From Octopus vulgaris (Eukaryota), in the NCBI GenBank assembly GCA_951406725.2, contig OX597816.1, positions 24,428,001 through 24,492,000 of the forward strand: DNA of 64,000 nucleotides, given 5' to 3'. Each line of letters opens with the position of its first letter. The first letter of the stretch is position 1. Position numbers and translations under genes: made by a program. Below, piece after piece: positions 52,098-63,256 of the stretch. Below the pieces are notes generated by a model. The model was not told the origin of the DNA. It searched no databases and saw only the letters and a list, made by a program, of their open reading frames with translations.

Positions 52098-54392
52098 CAT
52101 ACATGTTTGTATCTATGTGTGTATGTGTGTGTGTGTATGTATGTGTGCATACATGTTTGTATCTATGTGTGTGTGTGTGTGTGTATCTATGTATGTATGT
52201 GTGCATACGTTTGTATCTATCTATGTGTGTGTGTGTATGTATGTGTGCATACATGTTTGTATCTATGTATGTGTGAGTATATGTTTGTATTTATGCATGT
52301 GTGTGTGCATATGTGTGAGGTGTGATTGTGGGGATGCGGACTGTCAAGTATTATGCTTATAGAAATTGCCTGAACTTGGAGGAACGAGGTGATTTGAGAC
52401 TGAAACTGAGCAACGTTCAGCCTGATACCAATGCCTTGATTCTGGATCACCCATGCTCATTCCTTACATTGATTGATATTGTCAGCTTCAATAAAAGATT
52501 TTCCAGCAATATGATGCGTTTTTCACATTTACATGTAAATAGGCGCAGGAGTGGCTCTGTGGTAAGTAGCTTTCTTACCAACCACATGGTTTTGGGTTCA
52601 GTCCCACTGCATGGCACCTTGGGCAAGTGTCTTCTACTATAGCCTTGGGCCGACCAAAGCCTTGTGAGTGGATTTGGTAGATGGAAACTGAAAGAAGCCT
52701 GTCGTATATATGTATATATATATGTATGTGTGAGTCTGTGTTTGTCCCCCTAGCATTGCTTGACAACCGATGCTGGTGTGTTTACGTCCCCATCACTTAG
52801 CGGTTCGGCAAAAGAGACCGATAGAATAAGTACTGGGCTTACAAAGAATAAGCTCTGGGGTCGATTTGCTCGACTAAAGGCGGTGCTCCAGCATGGCCGC
52901 AGTCAAATGACTCAAACAAGTAAAAGAGTAAAGAGTAAATGAGTGCCACCTTCATTTACTTCTAATGTATACCTGTGTGTGTGTGTATGTGTATGAGAGT
53001 GTATGTGTATGCATGTGTGTATGTGTGTGTGTGTATACTTGTCTTGGCGTCAGATGTTGGGTATAAATGTGTTGTTTCTAATCACGAAAACAATTTCATA
53101 AAAATTTAAAGTTTAATACTGTATACTCGTACACGTAGTTTTAAATGTAAAAAGTGTGACATCTTGAATAGAACTTCTTCATTTGTCGTACATGTATATT
53201 TTTAGCTGACATTTTAATTGCCAGCATCAGTACGGGGTACACATTTAAGATATGGTACGGTAGGTTTAGGGTATAAAGATATTTTATATGAGGAGGGTGG
53301 TCATGCAGAAGAAGTGGCTAAAGGGGGTCTCTGGGGAAAGACAAGGGGCTGGAGGGGGGGGGGGGGGTTGATGCTGGAGAAGTTTCTAAAGGGGGTCACT
53401 GCGGAAGAAGTGGCGGCTATAGGGGTTCGATGCAGAAGAAGTGGCTAAAAGGGGCTGATGCACAAGGAGAACTGGCTAAAGAGGGCCGATGCAGAAGAAG
53501 AAGTGGCTAAAGGGGGTTGATGTGGAAAGACAAGGGGCTAAAGGGGGCCAATGCAGACAGAGAAGTGGCAGAAGGGGGTCAATGTGGAAGGAGAAAAGGC
53601 TAAAGAGGGCTGATGCGGAAGAAGTGACTAAAGTGTGGAAAGACAAGGGGCTAAAAATGGTTGATGCAGAAGGAGAAGTGGCAGAAGAGGGTCGATGCAG
53701 AAGGAGAAGTGGCTAAAGGGGGTCGCTGTGGAAAGACAAGGGGCTGGAAGGGGTCGATGCAGAAGGAGAAGTGGCTAAAGGGGGCCGATGCGGGAGGTAA
53801 AGTGGCTAAAGGGGGGGGTGCCAATGCGGTAAGACAAGGGGCTAAAAAGGGTTGATGCAGAAGGAGAAGTGGCTGAAAGGGGCCGATGCGGAAAGAGAAG
53901 AGACTAAAGGGGGTCGCTGCGGAAGAAGTGGCTATAGGGGGGTCGATGCAGAAGAAGTGGCTAAAGGGGGACCATGCAGAAGGAGAAGTGACTAAAGAGG
54001 GCCGATGCAGAAGAAGAAGTGGCTAAAGGGGGTCGATGTGGAAAGACGAGGGGCTAAAGGGGGTCGATGCAGAAGGAGAAGTGGCAGAAGGGGGGGGGGG
54101 CGATGCAGAAGGAGAAAAGGCTAAAGGGGGTCGATGCAGAAGGAGAAGTGGCTAAAGGTGTTTGATGGTCAAAAAAGTTTGGCGACCCTTGAACTAAACC
54201 CTTCAAGATAGTGCCCCAGCATAGTCACTGACTAATGACTCAAACAAATATAAGATAGAGAAAAAAGAGGAAAAGACATCTTACCCTATAACTGACAGCA
54301 TTAATAGGAGCCATGTGACCAGTCATTGTGCTGGCTAGTGTGCCATTTCTGGTATTCCAAACTTTTATCAAAAAGTCATTTGAACATGTGAC
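24682..54392 (-). CDS. TEP1: Telomerase protein component 1 (TEP1/vault p240), 3' portion: 11 exons, 1488 nt, 495 aa + stop; 5'-partial
   Basis: Exons 54285-54392, 50874-51021, 49518-49639, 46116-46333, 44345-44411, 42422-42549, 40124-40282, 35083-35188, 33476-33673, 28146-28250, 24682-24810. All have AG acceptors (the 10 non-terminal ones GT donors) and consistent phases. The product has successive WD40 repeats. 'DGSVKIWSDKGFEVTTLFGHS', 'DGFVNIWEPL..LKGH..DGSLRIWSVP' and the terminus 'AGDQLGKIYFLTLKF*' parallel vertebrate TEP1 as I recall it (DGTLKVWDHQGVELTSIPAHS; AVGDVQGNVYFLNWE*). No database search was run. Confidence 0.88.
26120..26480 (-). mobile_element. Penelope-like retroelement fragment (degenerate hammerhead + GIY-YIG tail + tRNA-like module)
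   Basis: gacacCTGATGAaggctg..cagcc(a)AAAtgttgtgtt; WDEVKIIDREYHWKI*KLKEAAHM..*EPAL; A/B-box module at 26200-26127. Confidence 0.7.
27039..28075. mobile_element. Compound fold-back repeat (Penelope-like), interrupted by a SINE
   Basis: Arms 27105-27228 / 27243-27372 and 27428-27495 / 27522-27592 are inverted. 28040-28074 is the reverse complement of 27040-27074. A monomer lies at 45028-45165. Confidence 0.75.
27624..28040 (+). mobile_element. tRNA-derived SINE family B (CORE-like box, internal (TG)n), representative full copy
   Basis: Head ggcgtaggagtggctgtgtggtaag, ggttcagtccc B-box, 'gcaccttgggcaagtg', tail (taaaagag)n. Other copies: 17404-17782(+), 24985-25395(-), 28855-29212(+), 35235-35600(-), 38488-38872(-), 42900-43305(+), 43750-44083(-), 48812-49222(-), 52540-52938(+). 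Confidence 0.9.
28146..28250 (-). CDS. TEP1: TEP1 exon, 105 nt: VQRNVAITCILVIDEIIVTASADNVLRMWKMDMEQ
   Basis: ttttatag acceptor, gtacag donor, WD40 VTASAD..LRMW, phase 0/0. Confidence 0.92.
29850..30390. mobile_element. Unclassified non-coding insertion embedded in (ATT)n
   Basis: GC-richer 540-bp block bounded by att repeats on both sides; no ORF or TIR seen. Confidence 0.35.
33476..33673 (-). CDS. TEP1: TEP1 exon, 198 nt: KGEYSIILQDTIETDWLL...FFGDSSGQVHWQDNSFKYDDDKDKGKNVKTLT
   Basis: tttttcag acceptor, gtaata donor, phase 0/0; lies within ORF 33362..33712. Confidence 0.87.
33775..34220. repeat. ~17-bp minisatellite (gagtattgacaaggca-like)
   Basis: More than 20 degenerate units containing tattgaca; explains ORFs 33783..34085 and 33832..34053. 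Confidence 0.92.
35083..35188 (-). CDS. TEP1: TEP1 exon, 106 nt: (G)EENVVTFSSVKLKDKILMISITDDRHFLIWHVTNK
   Basis: ttttccag acceptor, gtaagg donor, phase 2/0. Confidence 0.87.
36225..36685 (+). mobile_element. SINE-like family D with internal tandem units and RTE-type tail
   Basis: Repeated gtggcacgtaaaagcacc units, 'gttag(g)aagggcatc(c)agctgtagaaac', tail ccatgctagcatggaaagcggacg(atg)n. Other copies: 28380-28852, 40880-41165, 44577-44748, 49995-50400, 59500-60270. Confidence 0.75.
36860..37160 (-). mobile_element. RTE-clade LINE 3' relic
   Basis: WNPDGYRRGGRSKNSWRR...GHSW matches the W.P.G.R.RGRP..TW motif. Confidence 0.65.
37680..38062 (-). mobile_element. tRNA-derived SINE family C, representative young copy
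   Basis: Head ggaggcgcaatggcccagtggttagggcagcggactcgcggtc..ggtttcgattccc. Related copies: 2030-2276, 4675-4972, 14223-15452, 45770-46080. Confidence 0.85.
38438..39043. mobile_element. piggyBac-like MITE interrupted by a family B SINE
   Basis: Homologous to the 61028-61755 units; ttaa/ttga flanks. Confidence 0.75.
39046..39237 (-). pseudogene. Two degenerate C2H2-type fingers, probably a LINE (RTE) ORF tail
   Basis: TCHCGFGAQSKVGLAVHSRKH and CTIYQKVCKAPAGLKGHTCVH; no splice context fitting TEP1. Confidence 0.55.
39240..39704. mobile_element. Tc2/pogo-like MITE
   Basis: TA|ccgttaatcctcgagtataa ... ttatacttgaagatttatgg|TA; a related element lies at 54459-54799. Confidence 0.72.
40124..40282 (-). 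CDS. TEP1: TEP1 exon, 159 nt: (K)KMKEYSLDTPVVSLEAWPTTQRQTMLDVLLSYTRKTTLNLHSLSTDYVDTDV
   Basis: ttttgatttag acceptor, gtaagt donor, open frame, phase 2/2; divergent WD blade. Confidence 0.82.
41443..41812. repeat. (TG)-based compound minisatellite
   Basis: Repeated gtgttggagtatgtgtgtatatgtt units. Confidence 0.92.
42422..42549 (-). CDS. TEP1: TEP1 exon, 128 nt: LSESSINCMCFYDVKATMFATGTDHKTIEIWQIVPQKASYTV
   Basis: gatttcag acceptor, gtaaag donor, phase 0/2, WD-like ATG.D..I.IW. Confidence 0.9.
44345..44411 (-). CDS. TEP1: TEP1 exon, 67 nt: (R)DGTVKFWNASNLTRPKCITTLK
   Basis: tatttcag acceptor, gtgagc donor, phase 2/0. Confidence 0.92.
46116..46333 (-). CDS. TEP1: TEP1 exon, 218 nt: LKENFCLKGHCDQVLGVSCTNKGVICSCSKDGSLRIWSVP...GHDGPITGIIYSPITDTVITSS
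   Basis: ctctcacag acceptor, gtaagt donor, WD40 GH...DG..IW motif, phase 0/2. Confidence 0.94.
47325..47681 (-). mobile_element. Degenerate non-autonomous Helitron
   Basis: A|TCctaatataataatgagcg 5' end and CTAG|T 3' end; hairpin eroded. Confidence 0.55.
49518..49639 (-). CDS. TEP1: TEP1 exon, 122 nt: (A)RKTWANVVAKKKTTSLRKERSVTLATCSDDGFVNIWEPLT
   Basis: ttttgatcag acceptor, gtaagt donor, phase 1/0 joins both neighbours in frame. Confidence 0.9.
50874..51021 (-). CDS. TEP1: TEP1 exon, 148 nt: KQCVTSACSDGSVKIWSDKGFEVTTLFGHSNRVNDCDMRLQNEDVDLTE
   Basis: ttttacag acceptor, gttagt donor, phase 0/1; lies within ORF 50869..51078. Confidence 0.93.
51705..52320. repeat. ~40-bp minisatellite (gtgcatacatgtttgtatctat(gt)n)
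   Basis: About 13 units; source of the long Cys/Val ORFs. Confidence 0.95.
53290..54160. repeat. Purine-rich ~27-30-bp minisatellite ending at a hAT-like terminus
   Basis: Units gatgcagaaggagaagtggctaaagggg; followed by aaaaagtttggcgacccttg (54173-54191), resembling a hAT/Charlie TIR. Confidence 0.85.
54285..54392 (-). CDS. TEP1: TEP1 exon, 108 nt: VTCSNDFLIKVWNTRNGTLASTMTGHMAPINAVSYR
   Basis: ttttttag acceptor, gtaaga donor, WD40 motif, phase 0/0. Confidence 0.93.
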
Positions 54393-55731
54393 CTAAAAAA
54401 AGATTTAAAAAAAAAACAGTTAATAACATTCAATGAAACATTCTGTTAAAAATAATTACCGTATTTGACAGCCTCCAAGACACACCTTTTTTTTTACCCA
54501 AAAATGGCTTTAAAAATCCCCCTGCGTCAAATGTACTCAATGTAGGCTCAAAACTCCCTCAAAATGGTATGTATGTTTACAAAACATGTGCTGCCATCTA
54601 TTGGTGAACAATCACCTATGGTATGTTTATATGAAATGTGGATGCAATAAATTGCTTATAATTACCTGTAATAACATAAAGTTATACAGGTAAGTGGAGT
54701 ATTAAAACATTATTTTAGTGGTATTTTATTTTACAAAAGTATAGCCAAGGCTAGGGTGTGTCCTGTGCATTTGTGCATCTTATAGGTCATCAAATATGGT
54801 AAGCTGCTTAAGAAATTTGCCTTCAAATGTTGTGGTTCCAAGTTCCAGGTTCAATCCCACCAGGTGATGCTTTGGACAAGTGTCTTTTACTATAATATCA
54901 GACTAAACAAAGCCTCGTGAGTAGATTTGGTTAACAGAAAGTGAAAGTAGGCTGTTGTAAATAGGTACAATTGTATATATGTATAGGCATTGTGAAGGGG
55001 TGCCTTTGTGCCTCCCTATCTTGACATCATGCAATGGTTGTAAATGAGTGCCAGCCTCGTTTACTTCTAATGTATACCTATGCATATGTGTATGTGTGCG
55101 TGTGTATATATGTGTGAGTGTGTGTGGGTGTGTGTCCTTGTCTTGGCATCACATGGTGGGTATATATGAGTGTTGTTCGTTTCCAATCTTTCGTAAAAAC
55201 CGAGTCCAACTACAGGGAAATATAAGCTTGCTTGGAAAAAGGTGAGGATAGGTGACAGGTAAATTTGCCTTAATGAATTTCATCTGACCCATGCAAGCAA
55301 TGTGATGATGATGTTGATGATAATGGTGATGAAGGTAATGATGATAAGGAGAATTATGATGTTGCTGACAATGGTGAAGGTGGTAGTGATGGTGATGATG
55401 ATGATGATGATGATAATGATGTTGCCCTTGCTGTTGTTTAGCCCAAAGTAAGCCCTGGTTAAGCAGACCTGTATACATCTACACTTCTGAATACTTGAGA
55501 ACATGTCTATATATGGTAATAAAGAAAATACGCATAGCACATTTACGTGTATTTGTATATTTGTATTCACATACATTTACTTACATCTCTTTATTTATTA
55601 TAAAAATAATAATAAATACTACACTCAACATAGACATATTCACTGATACTTCAATTAATGTTTGGCTGTTTTGTATATAACTGTACATAAAAACAACTAT
55701 TGAGATAAATGTGTATGAATATATATATACA

Positions 55732-55951
55732 TAGGGTGTCCATAATATATCTTTATAACAGAAATTGAACATCGTGTAGATATGCTGTGTGCAACGAATG
55801 GAGACACATGGAAATGTTTTGATGTTTCTAATAAAACTATATTACTTTATATTTGTGTGCCTCTGTTTTCCAATAAACTCTGCAGGGCCACTCATATTTC
55901 TCATTTCTTCCTGAATTTTTAAAATTGTAAAGATAATTTATGGATACCCTG
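55732..55951. mobile_element. Tc1-type MITE
   Basis: TIRs agggtgtccataatatatcttta / taaagataatttatggataccct, in a (TA)n context. Confidence 0.7.
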
Positions 55952-57099
55952 AATATATATATATATATATATATATATAACCAATTAATTGTCACATATA
56001 TTTATGGATAAATTCCTCTATTTTACATAATATCATGGGATCCTAGGTTCAATCTCACCTCATGGTAATTTTCTAAATCCCCAGGTTACACCATAATTTA
56101 TAAATACATACATATATATATCATATGAAAGCACATGGCTCAGTGGTTAGAGCATTGGGCTCACAATTACGAGGTAGTGAGTTCAATTCCTGGACCAGGC
56201 TGTATGTTGTGCTCTTGAGCAAGACACTTTATTTCATGTTGCTCCAGTTCACTCATCTTTAGAAATGAGTTGCAATGTGACTGATGCCAAGCTGTATCAG
56301 TCTTTGCCTTTCCCTTGGATAACATTGATGCCATGGAGAAGGGAGGCTGGTATGCATGGGTGACTGGTCTTCCATAAAAAAAAAAACCTTGCCTGGCACT
56401 TGTGCCTCGGGTGGTAACTTTCTAGGTGCAATTCCATGGCGTCTTTACTCTTATTTCTTTACTGCTCACAAGGGGCTACACACAGGGGGACAAACAAGGA
56501 CAGACAAACAGATTAAGTCAATTATATTGACCCCAGTGTGTAACTGGTACTTATTTAATCGACTCCGAAAGGATGAAAGGCAAAGTTGACCTCAGCGGAA
56601 TTTGAACTCAGAACGTAGCAGCAGACAAAATACCTATTTCTTTACTACCCACAAAGGGCTAAACACAGAGGAGACAAACAAGGACAGACAGACGGATTAA
56701 GTCGATTATATCGACCCCAGTGTGTAACTGGTACTTATTTAATCGACCCCAAAAGGATGAAAGGCAAAGTCGACCTCGGTGGAATTTGAACTCAGAACGT
56801 AGCAGCAGACGAAATACCACTAAGCATTTCGCCCGGCATGCTAACGTTTCTGCCAGCTCACCACCTTTGATGTCATTACTCTTCAGTGTCTTAACCCTAC
56901 ATATATGTTAGACAAACTTTTACAAGAAGCAAGGTGGCAGTTACTTCAAAATTTTGGTCTGCTGGCTTTCTTAGATGTGTCTCTACTTGTAAAAGAATAA
57001 TAAATATGTACCTTACAAAAAGTATTGTGTAATTCTTCAGTTTAATATTAAACCGCTTTTATTATAACTTGGCTTAAAAACAATCAATATACTTGAGTA

Positions 57100-57114
57100 G
57101 GTAGGTAGGTAGAC

Positions 57115-57186
<72 letters not shown>

Positions 57187-57438
57187 GTACAAAATTGCAG
57201 GCATACAGATGAACCTATGTATTTATGTATGCCAAAAGTTATTGAAGACATAAATGTCATTAGGTCTGTATACAATATAATGGACATAACTATGTATGCA
57301 CAACTATACATGTATAAATATATGTTTGTGTGTGTGTGTGTGTGTGAGTGTGTGATCATTTGTATGTTGCAAGAAAAGATGTTCCATATATATGTAGAGA
57401 GAGAGGAAGAGAAGAAAAAAGAGATGAATACATCTGAA

Positions 57439-57488
<50 letters not shown>

Positions 57489-58907
57489 CAAACACACCTG
57501 TATGCATTATATACATTTTTCTATTCACACACGTAGACATGCCTGCCGGTATTCAGAAATACATATGAACACACGTGCTTAAATGTATGTGTGTATGTGT
57601 TTGTATGCATGCAGGTGTATGTTTTGTGTGTGTGTGTGTGTGTATGTGTCTGTATATATGTATGTATATATATGCATGTATGTGTATGTATGTATGTGTA
57701 TGTATGTATGTATATGTATATATATATGTGTGTGTATGTATGTATATGTATATATATGCATGTGTATATATATGCATGTATGTATATGTATATATGTATG
57801 TGTATATATATGTGTATGTGTGTGTGTGTATATATATAACGAGGAGGCAAGCATAAGAAAATGATAGAGGAAGAGGGTGAGAAAAAGATATAAAGAGATA
57901 CAGACTACATCTGACACACAGACATCCAACCACAAGCATATTTATCATCTATATTGATTTATTTCTAATCTATTATTCTTAACATATGTATCGAAAATAT
58001 TGAAGCCTACCAACACTACCCCTTGCTTACTACTACTACTACAACTACTACTACTACCACAACCACTATCTCCAATACTACCGTCACGTCCAACTGCTAC
58101 CTCAACCACCACCGTTTCCATAAATACTGCTACCACTGGTAAAACGCCAACCACAGCATCAACATCATGAACTAACCTCCTCGTCACTATCGGCACCATA
58201 ATATTCGATAATAAAGCACCCCACTTATAATCACAGATCCCCACTTACATCATACATACTTACACAAACACAGACACACACACATATATATATTTATATG
58301 TATGTGTGTGTGTATGTATATATATATTTATATGTATGTATGTGTGTATGTATATATATATTTATATGTATGTATGTGTGTATGTATATATATATTTATA
58401 TGTATGTATGTGTATATATATATATATTTATATGTATGTATATATATATATATATATATATATTTGTATGTATGTATATATATATATATATATATTTGTA
58501 TGTATGTATATATATATATATTTGTATGTATGTATGTGTGTATGTATATATATATTTGTATGTATGTATGTATGTATATATATATTTATATGTATGTATC
58601 ATCATCATCATCATCATCATTTAACGTCCGCTTTCCATGCTAGCATGGGTTGGACAGTTCAACTGGGGTCTGGGGAGCCGAAAGCTGCACCAGTCCAGTC
58701 AGATCTGGACTGGTGCAGCTTTCGGGCTCCCTTTGTATGTATGTATATATATATATATATTTATGTATGTATGTATATATATATTTGTATGTATGTATAT
58801 ATATATATATATATTTGTATGTATGTATATATATATTTGTATGTATGTATATATATATTTGTATGTATGTATATATATATTTGTATGTATATATATATAT
58901 ATATATG

Positions 58908-58960
<53 letters not shown>

Positions 58961-59075
58961 TAACATATATATACATATATATATATATACATACACATAC
59001 ATACATACACATACATATACATACATACATACATATATATATATATTACATACATATATACACACACACACGCAC
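57100..59075. repeat. Microsatellite cluster (TA, TAGA, TG, TATG, CTA)
   Basis: Directly visible simple repeats; explain the stack of overlapping ORFs. Confidence 0.95.
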
Positions 59076-61027
59076 GTGCTAAAATTATAAAAAAAACAAA
59101 GGAGGAGACTCTATAAACAATAGCAAGAACAACTGCAGATGTTAAAGGAATGAAGCATTTCTAAGACTGCACTTTGTCGGTGTATATTGCTGCAACTTAA
59201 TGCACATCAGTGTATTTGAACAGCAGGACAAAGTTTTTTTGAGATGGAAGAACAATTGCAGCATCTCTATGCATCTGATGTGATATATAAACATCAATGA
59301 CTGATTGATTTCTGGTTGGTTGGTGGTTTCTTGTTGTAGCAGTTGTTTAGCCACCGGTCAGTTTTGGTTGAGTAAACTTACGATCAAAAGTATTTCAGCT
59401 ATAAGGGTTTTATAATGACATTCCCAACTGGTTAGCTTTGATTAACTATGGAGAAAGAGTGACCATTCCAAAAGGTGACATATATTGTCTTAGCTTTTAT
59501 ATGTGGCTTGTGAAAAGTACCATTCAAGCATGACTGATGCCAGTGCCACCTGACTGGTTCCTGTGCCAGTGGAAAGTAAAATGTACCATTCAGGTATGGT
59601 CAATGCCAGTGCTGTCTGACTGGTTCCCGTGCTGGTGGCAAATAAAAAGCACCATGCTAGCATGGGTTAGACGATTTGACTGAGGACTGGCAAACCACAT
59701 GGCTGCACCAGGCTCCAATCTGATCTGGCAGAGTTTCTACAGCTGGATGCCCTTCCTAATGCCAACCACTCCAAGAGTGTAGTGGGAACTTTTACGTGCC
59801 ACCAGCACGAGGGTCAGTCAGGTGGTACTGGCAATGGCCATGCTCAAATGGTGTTTTATATGTGCCACCAGCACAGGAGCCAGTCCAGCGGCACTGGCAA
59901 CGACCTCGCTCGAATGTTTTTTATATGCCACCGGCACAAGTGTCTGTAAGGCGATACTGGTAACGATCACGCTTGAATGGTGCTTTTTACATGCCACCTG
60001 GCAGAAGCCTGCACCAAACTTCTGCAACTGTTCTGGCAGAATTTTTACAGCTAGGTACCTCAGCAGGGTGGACTTAGTACTTTTTACATGGCACAAGCAC
60101 AGGCAAGGTGAGTAGTGCTTATTACATGGCACAAGCATGAGCAAGGTCAGTTTTGGCAAGGTTTTTACAGCTGGATACCCTTCCAAACACCAACCACTTA
60201 ATAGTGTGGACTGGATGCTTTTAAGTGGCACCTACACTGATAGGGTCACTAAGTACTTGCAAGACAAAATACATATGCATTTATTTTATTTATATAAGAA
60301 AAATGCACTTGATATATATCGTACAGATTACACTGCTGGTTCATTGCAATGAGAAGCAAAATTATGAAACTCAGAGTAAGCAGTATAATAATTCAGTTTC
60401 TAAAATTTGTGTGTGTGTATGTGTGTGTTTCTATTTTTTTACATTTAAGAAAATGAAGTTGTCCTGTTTTCCTCTTTTTTTTTTGGCTATACCTGTGAAA
60501 TCCCTTTCATAATGGTGTATAACACACACTTCTGGATAATACTGTAAACTGACAAGCATATTGATTGAAGATAAGGAATAAAGGAAACAGAGGAAATATG
60601 GAAATGAATCTGAAGAAGCCTGTTAATGACACAGATAGGTGACTAGGGTCGCTGACAACTCAATGAATTTGTCATGAGCTGCACACTTACAGAACCAGAG
60701 ACAAAGATATAAATGACAGATTATTCATGTGAAAGGCCAGTATCATTCATGGTTTTATTGAGGCTGTGATTATGCCAATGAGTTTAATGCAAGGCAAAGG
60801 CTCCACTATCTCGGAATGATAGAGATTTATTCATGACAAGTCAACTTTGACATGATGGTCATGGGATTGGTTTGAAACAGGGGTGTGTGAGTGTGTGGTA
60901 TGATTAATTCCACCATGACCTACAATGAATGTCAGCAATGAAAATACAGGAGGAGTCCATAAGGTCTCTGTATAATTGTTTAATATGCTAGAGATAGAAG
61001 ACAAATATTCCTCAAATTGTGTCTTAA

Positions 61028-61755
61028 CCCTTTCGTTACCGTATATATTTTGAGATGCTCTGTGTTTCTTTCAATTAATTTTAAATATAACAAAGAATTT
61101 AGCAAAATAACTTAGTTATCATTAAGCTAGCGTCAGGAATATAAATTGTGTGTAAGGTTTGGTGGAAAATTTTAATTCAAAACTTATGATAAGAAGACAT
61201 TTATACTACAGAGCCAGAGGCAGTTTCAGGTGGGTTGGTATTGAAAGGGTTAAGAAGTGTTTCTCTATTATATATTTTAACACTTTTTGTTACCATATTT
61301 CTGTTGAGATGCTCTGTGTTTCTTTCAATTAATTTTTAGATATAACAAAGAATTTAGCAAAATAACTTGGTTATTATTAAGCTAGTGTTAGTAACATAAA
61401 TTTCAACTAAGGTTTGGTAGAAGATTTTAATTCAAAACTTATGAAAACAAGACATTTGTACTCAGAGCTAGAGGTAGTTTCAGCCGGGTTGGTATCGAAA
61501 GGGTTAAGAAGTGTTTCTCTATTATATATCTTAATCCTTTTGTTACAATATTTTTGTTGAGATGCTCTGTGTTTCTTTCAATTACTTTAAATATAACAAA
61601 GAATTTAGTAAAATAACCTAGTTATCATTCAGCCAATGTTAGGAACATAAATTGTGACTAAGGTTTGGTGGAAGGTTTTAATTCATAATTTTTGAAAACA
61701 AGATATTTACACAACAGAGCCAGAGGTGGTTTCAGTCAGGTTGGTATCGAAAGAG
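61028..61755. mobile_element. Three tandem piggyBac-like MITEs (61028-61249, 61281-61503, 61535-61755)
   Basis: Each is bounded by TTAA with ccctttcgttacc / ggtatcgaaaggg-type TIRs. Confidence 0.85.
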
Positions 61756-62224
61756 TTAAGAAAATGGAAGTACACAATGCATTTGATTAAAAAGTGGGAT
61801 GGCCATGGCTAGAATGCTTTTGACCATATATCTGTTAGATCAAGGTTGAACTGGGACTAAACAAAAGCAGCAACAACAATAATGAAAATATAAAAATAAA
61901 CAACAAAGTCTTGTAAGCAGATATAGCAGATAGAACCTGCAAGAAGCCTATCATGTGTGTGTGTGTTTGTATCTTCTTGTCTTGACATTACACAATAGTC
62001 TTAAACAAGTATCTCTATCATACAACTAGTGACCTTTGTTTCCAATTTTCCATGAAAATATGTCCAGACATGGGGAAATATTACCTTATTCAGAAACAGA
62101 TGATGGTTGGAGACAGGAAGGGCATCCAGATGTAGAAAATCTACCTCAATGAATTCCATCTGACCCATGTAAAAGCAGACATATATACTACCCAAATTTT
62201 ACATTTGCATGGTCTCTCAGATGA

Positions 62225-62264
<40 letters not shown>

Positions 62265-62592
62265 CAAATTTTAGCCTTTTCTTGGCAGACTGAAAATATG
62301 ATGAACAACCTTAATCAATGTAGACACCAGATACTTTGTGGACTAAAATCCCTGTTGACAGGCCGCTGGTATTTATAGAAACACCAGAGGTGTCTATATC
62401 ATTCTGACAGTCTCCAGAGAAACAAACAGCCAATCTATTTATATACTCATCAAATGCAACAGTTACTCTTTGAAGGAGTCCCTAATTTGCATATGAAAAA
62501 ACATTCTATAAATACTAGCAGCCTGTCAACAGAGATCTTAGTCCACAAAGTATCAAGGTATGATATAATATATATCATATATATATATATAT

Positions 62593-62645
<53 letters not shown>

Positions 62646-62887
62646 TTTAAATTTGACTAGTTTCATTTGTGGGGTGCATCAAGTTACCCTTTAACACAAT
62701 CGTGGCAGTCAGGCACAGGTCGACTGGTCTTGATCGTGGCCCAGATAGATGCATTTAATTTATGAGCGTTTATTGGGGTCTAATGTCACTCAAACGCTCC
62801 GAAACCCCTCAGAATGCAAAAGGACCAATAGTTCAACTAATGACTTTTCAGATGATGTAAAACTTGCCACCATTATATACTGAGATA

Positions 62888-63256
62888 TCTCTATATATAT
62901 AAATGGCAAAATGTCTGTGTGTGTATCCTTTATACAAATCCACAATTTTTCAGTTAGAGAGCTCACACTTTCTATGGTCATTCAAAACCATCCAAGGGTG
63001 GCCATACACATCTTTACATTTCCCCAGTCACCCTGCAAAGCCATTAAAAAATCAATAGAGGTGACTTTTTTTGTGAATTTTCTATCCAAAACCCAATCAA
63101 AATGCCCGAAACTTGATACGCCAATTGAATGCCAGCTAGCTGTATGTGATTGATCGGAGATTTGGACAGTACTCGCGTGTATATGCGCACACATGCACAC
63201 AGCTGTATATGCATGCACAAGTAATATGACCCGGCAACGCCGGGTCATAGTGCTAG
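62888..63256 (+). mobile_element. Intact non-autonomous Helitron, family 4
   Basis: A|TC 5' end; perfect 11-bp stem tatgacccggc-aac-gccgggtcata (63225-63249); CTAG|T 3' end. Confidence 0.9.

Noticed and set aside
51559-52362. 267-aa ORF and similar long ORFs at 41423-41932 and 57521-59090
   Set aside because: Translations of (TG)/(TA) repeats, open in several frames on both strands; not genes
60686-60770. Possible further TEP1 exon with a gtaagt donor
   Set aside because: In-frame TAA in the required phase and no WD40 motif; no exon could be supported between 54393 and 64000
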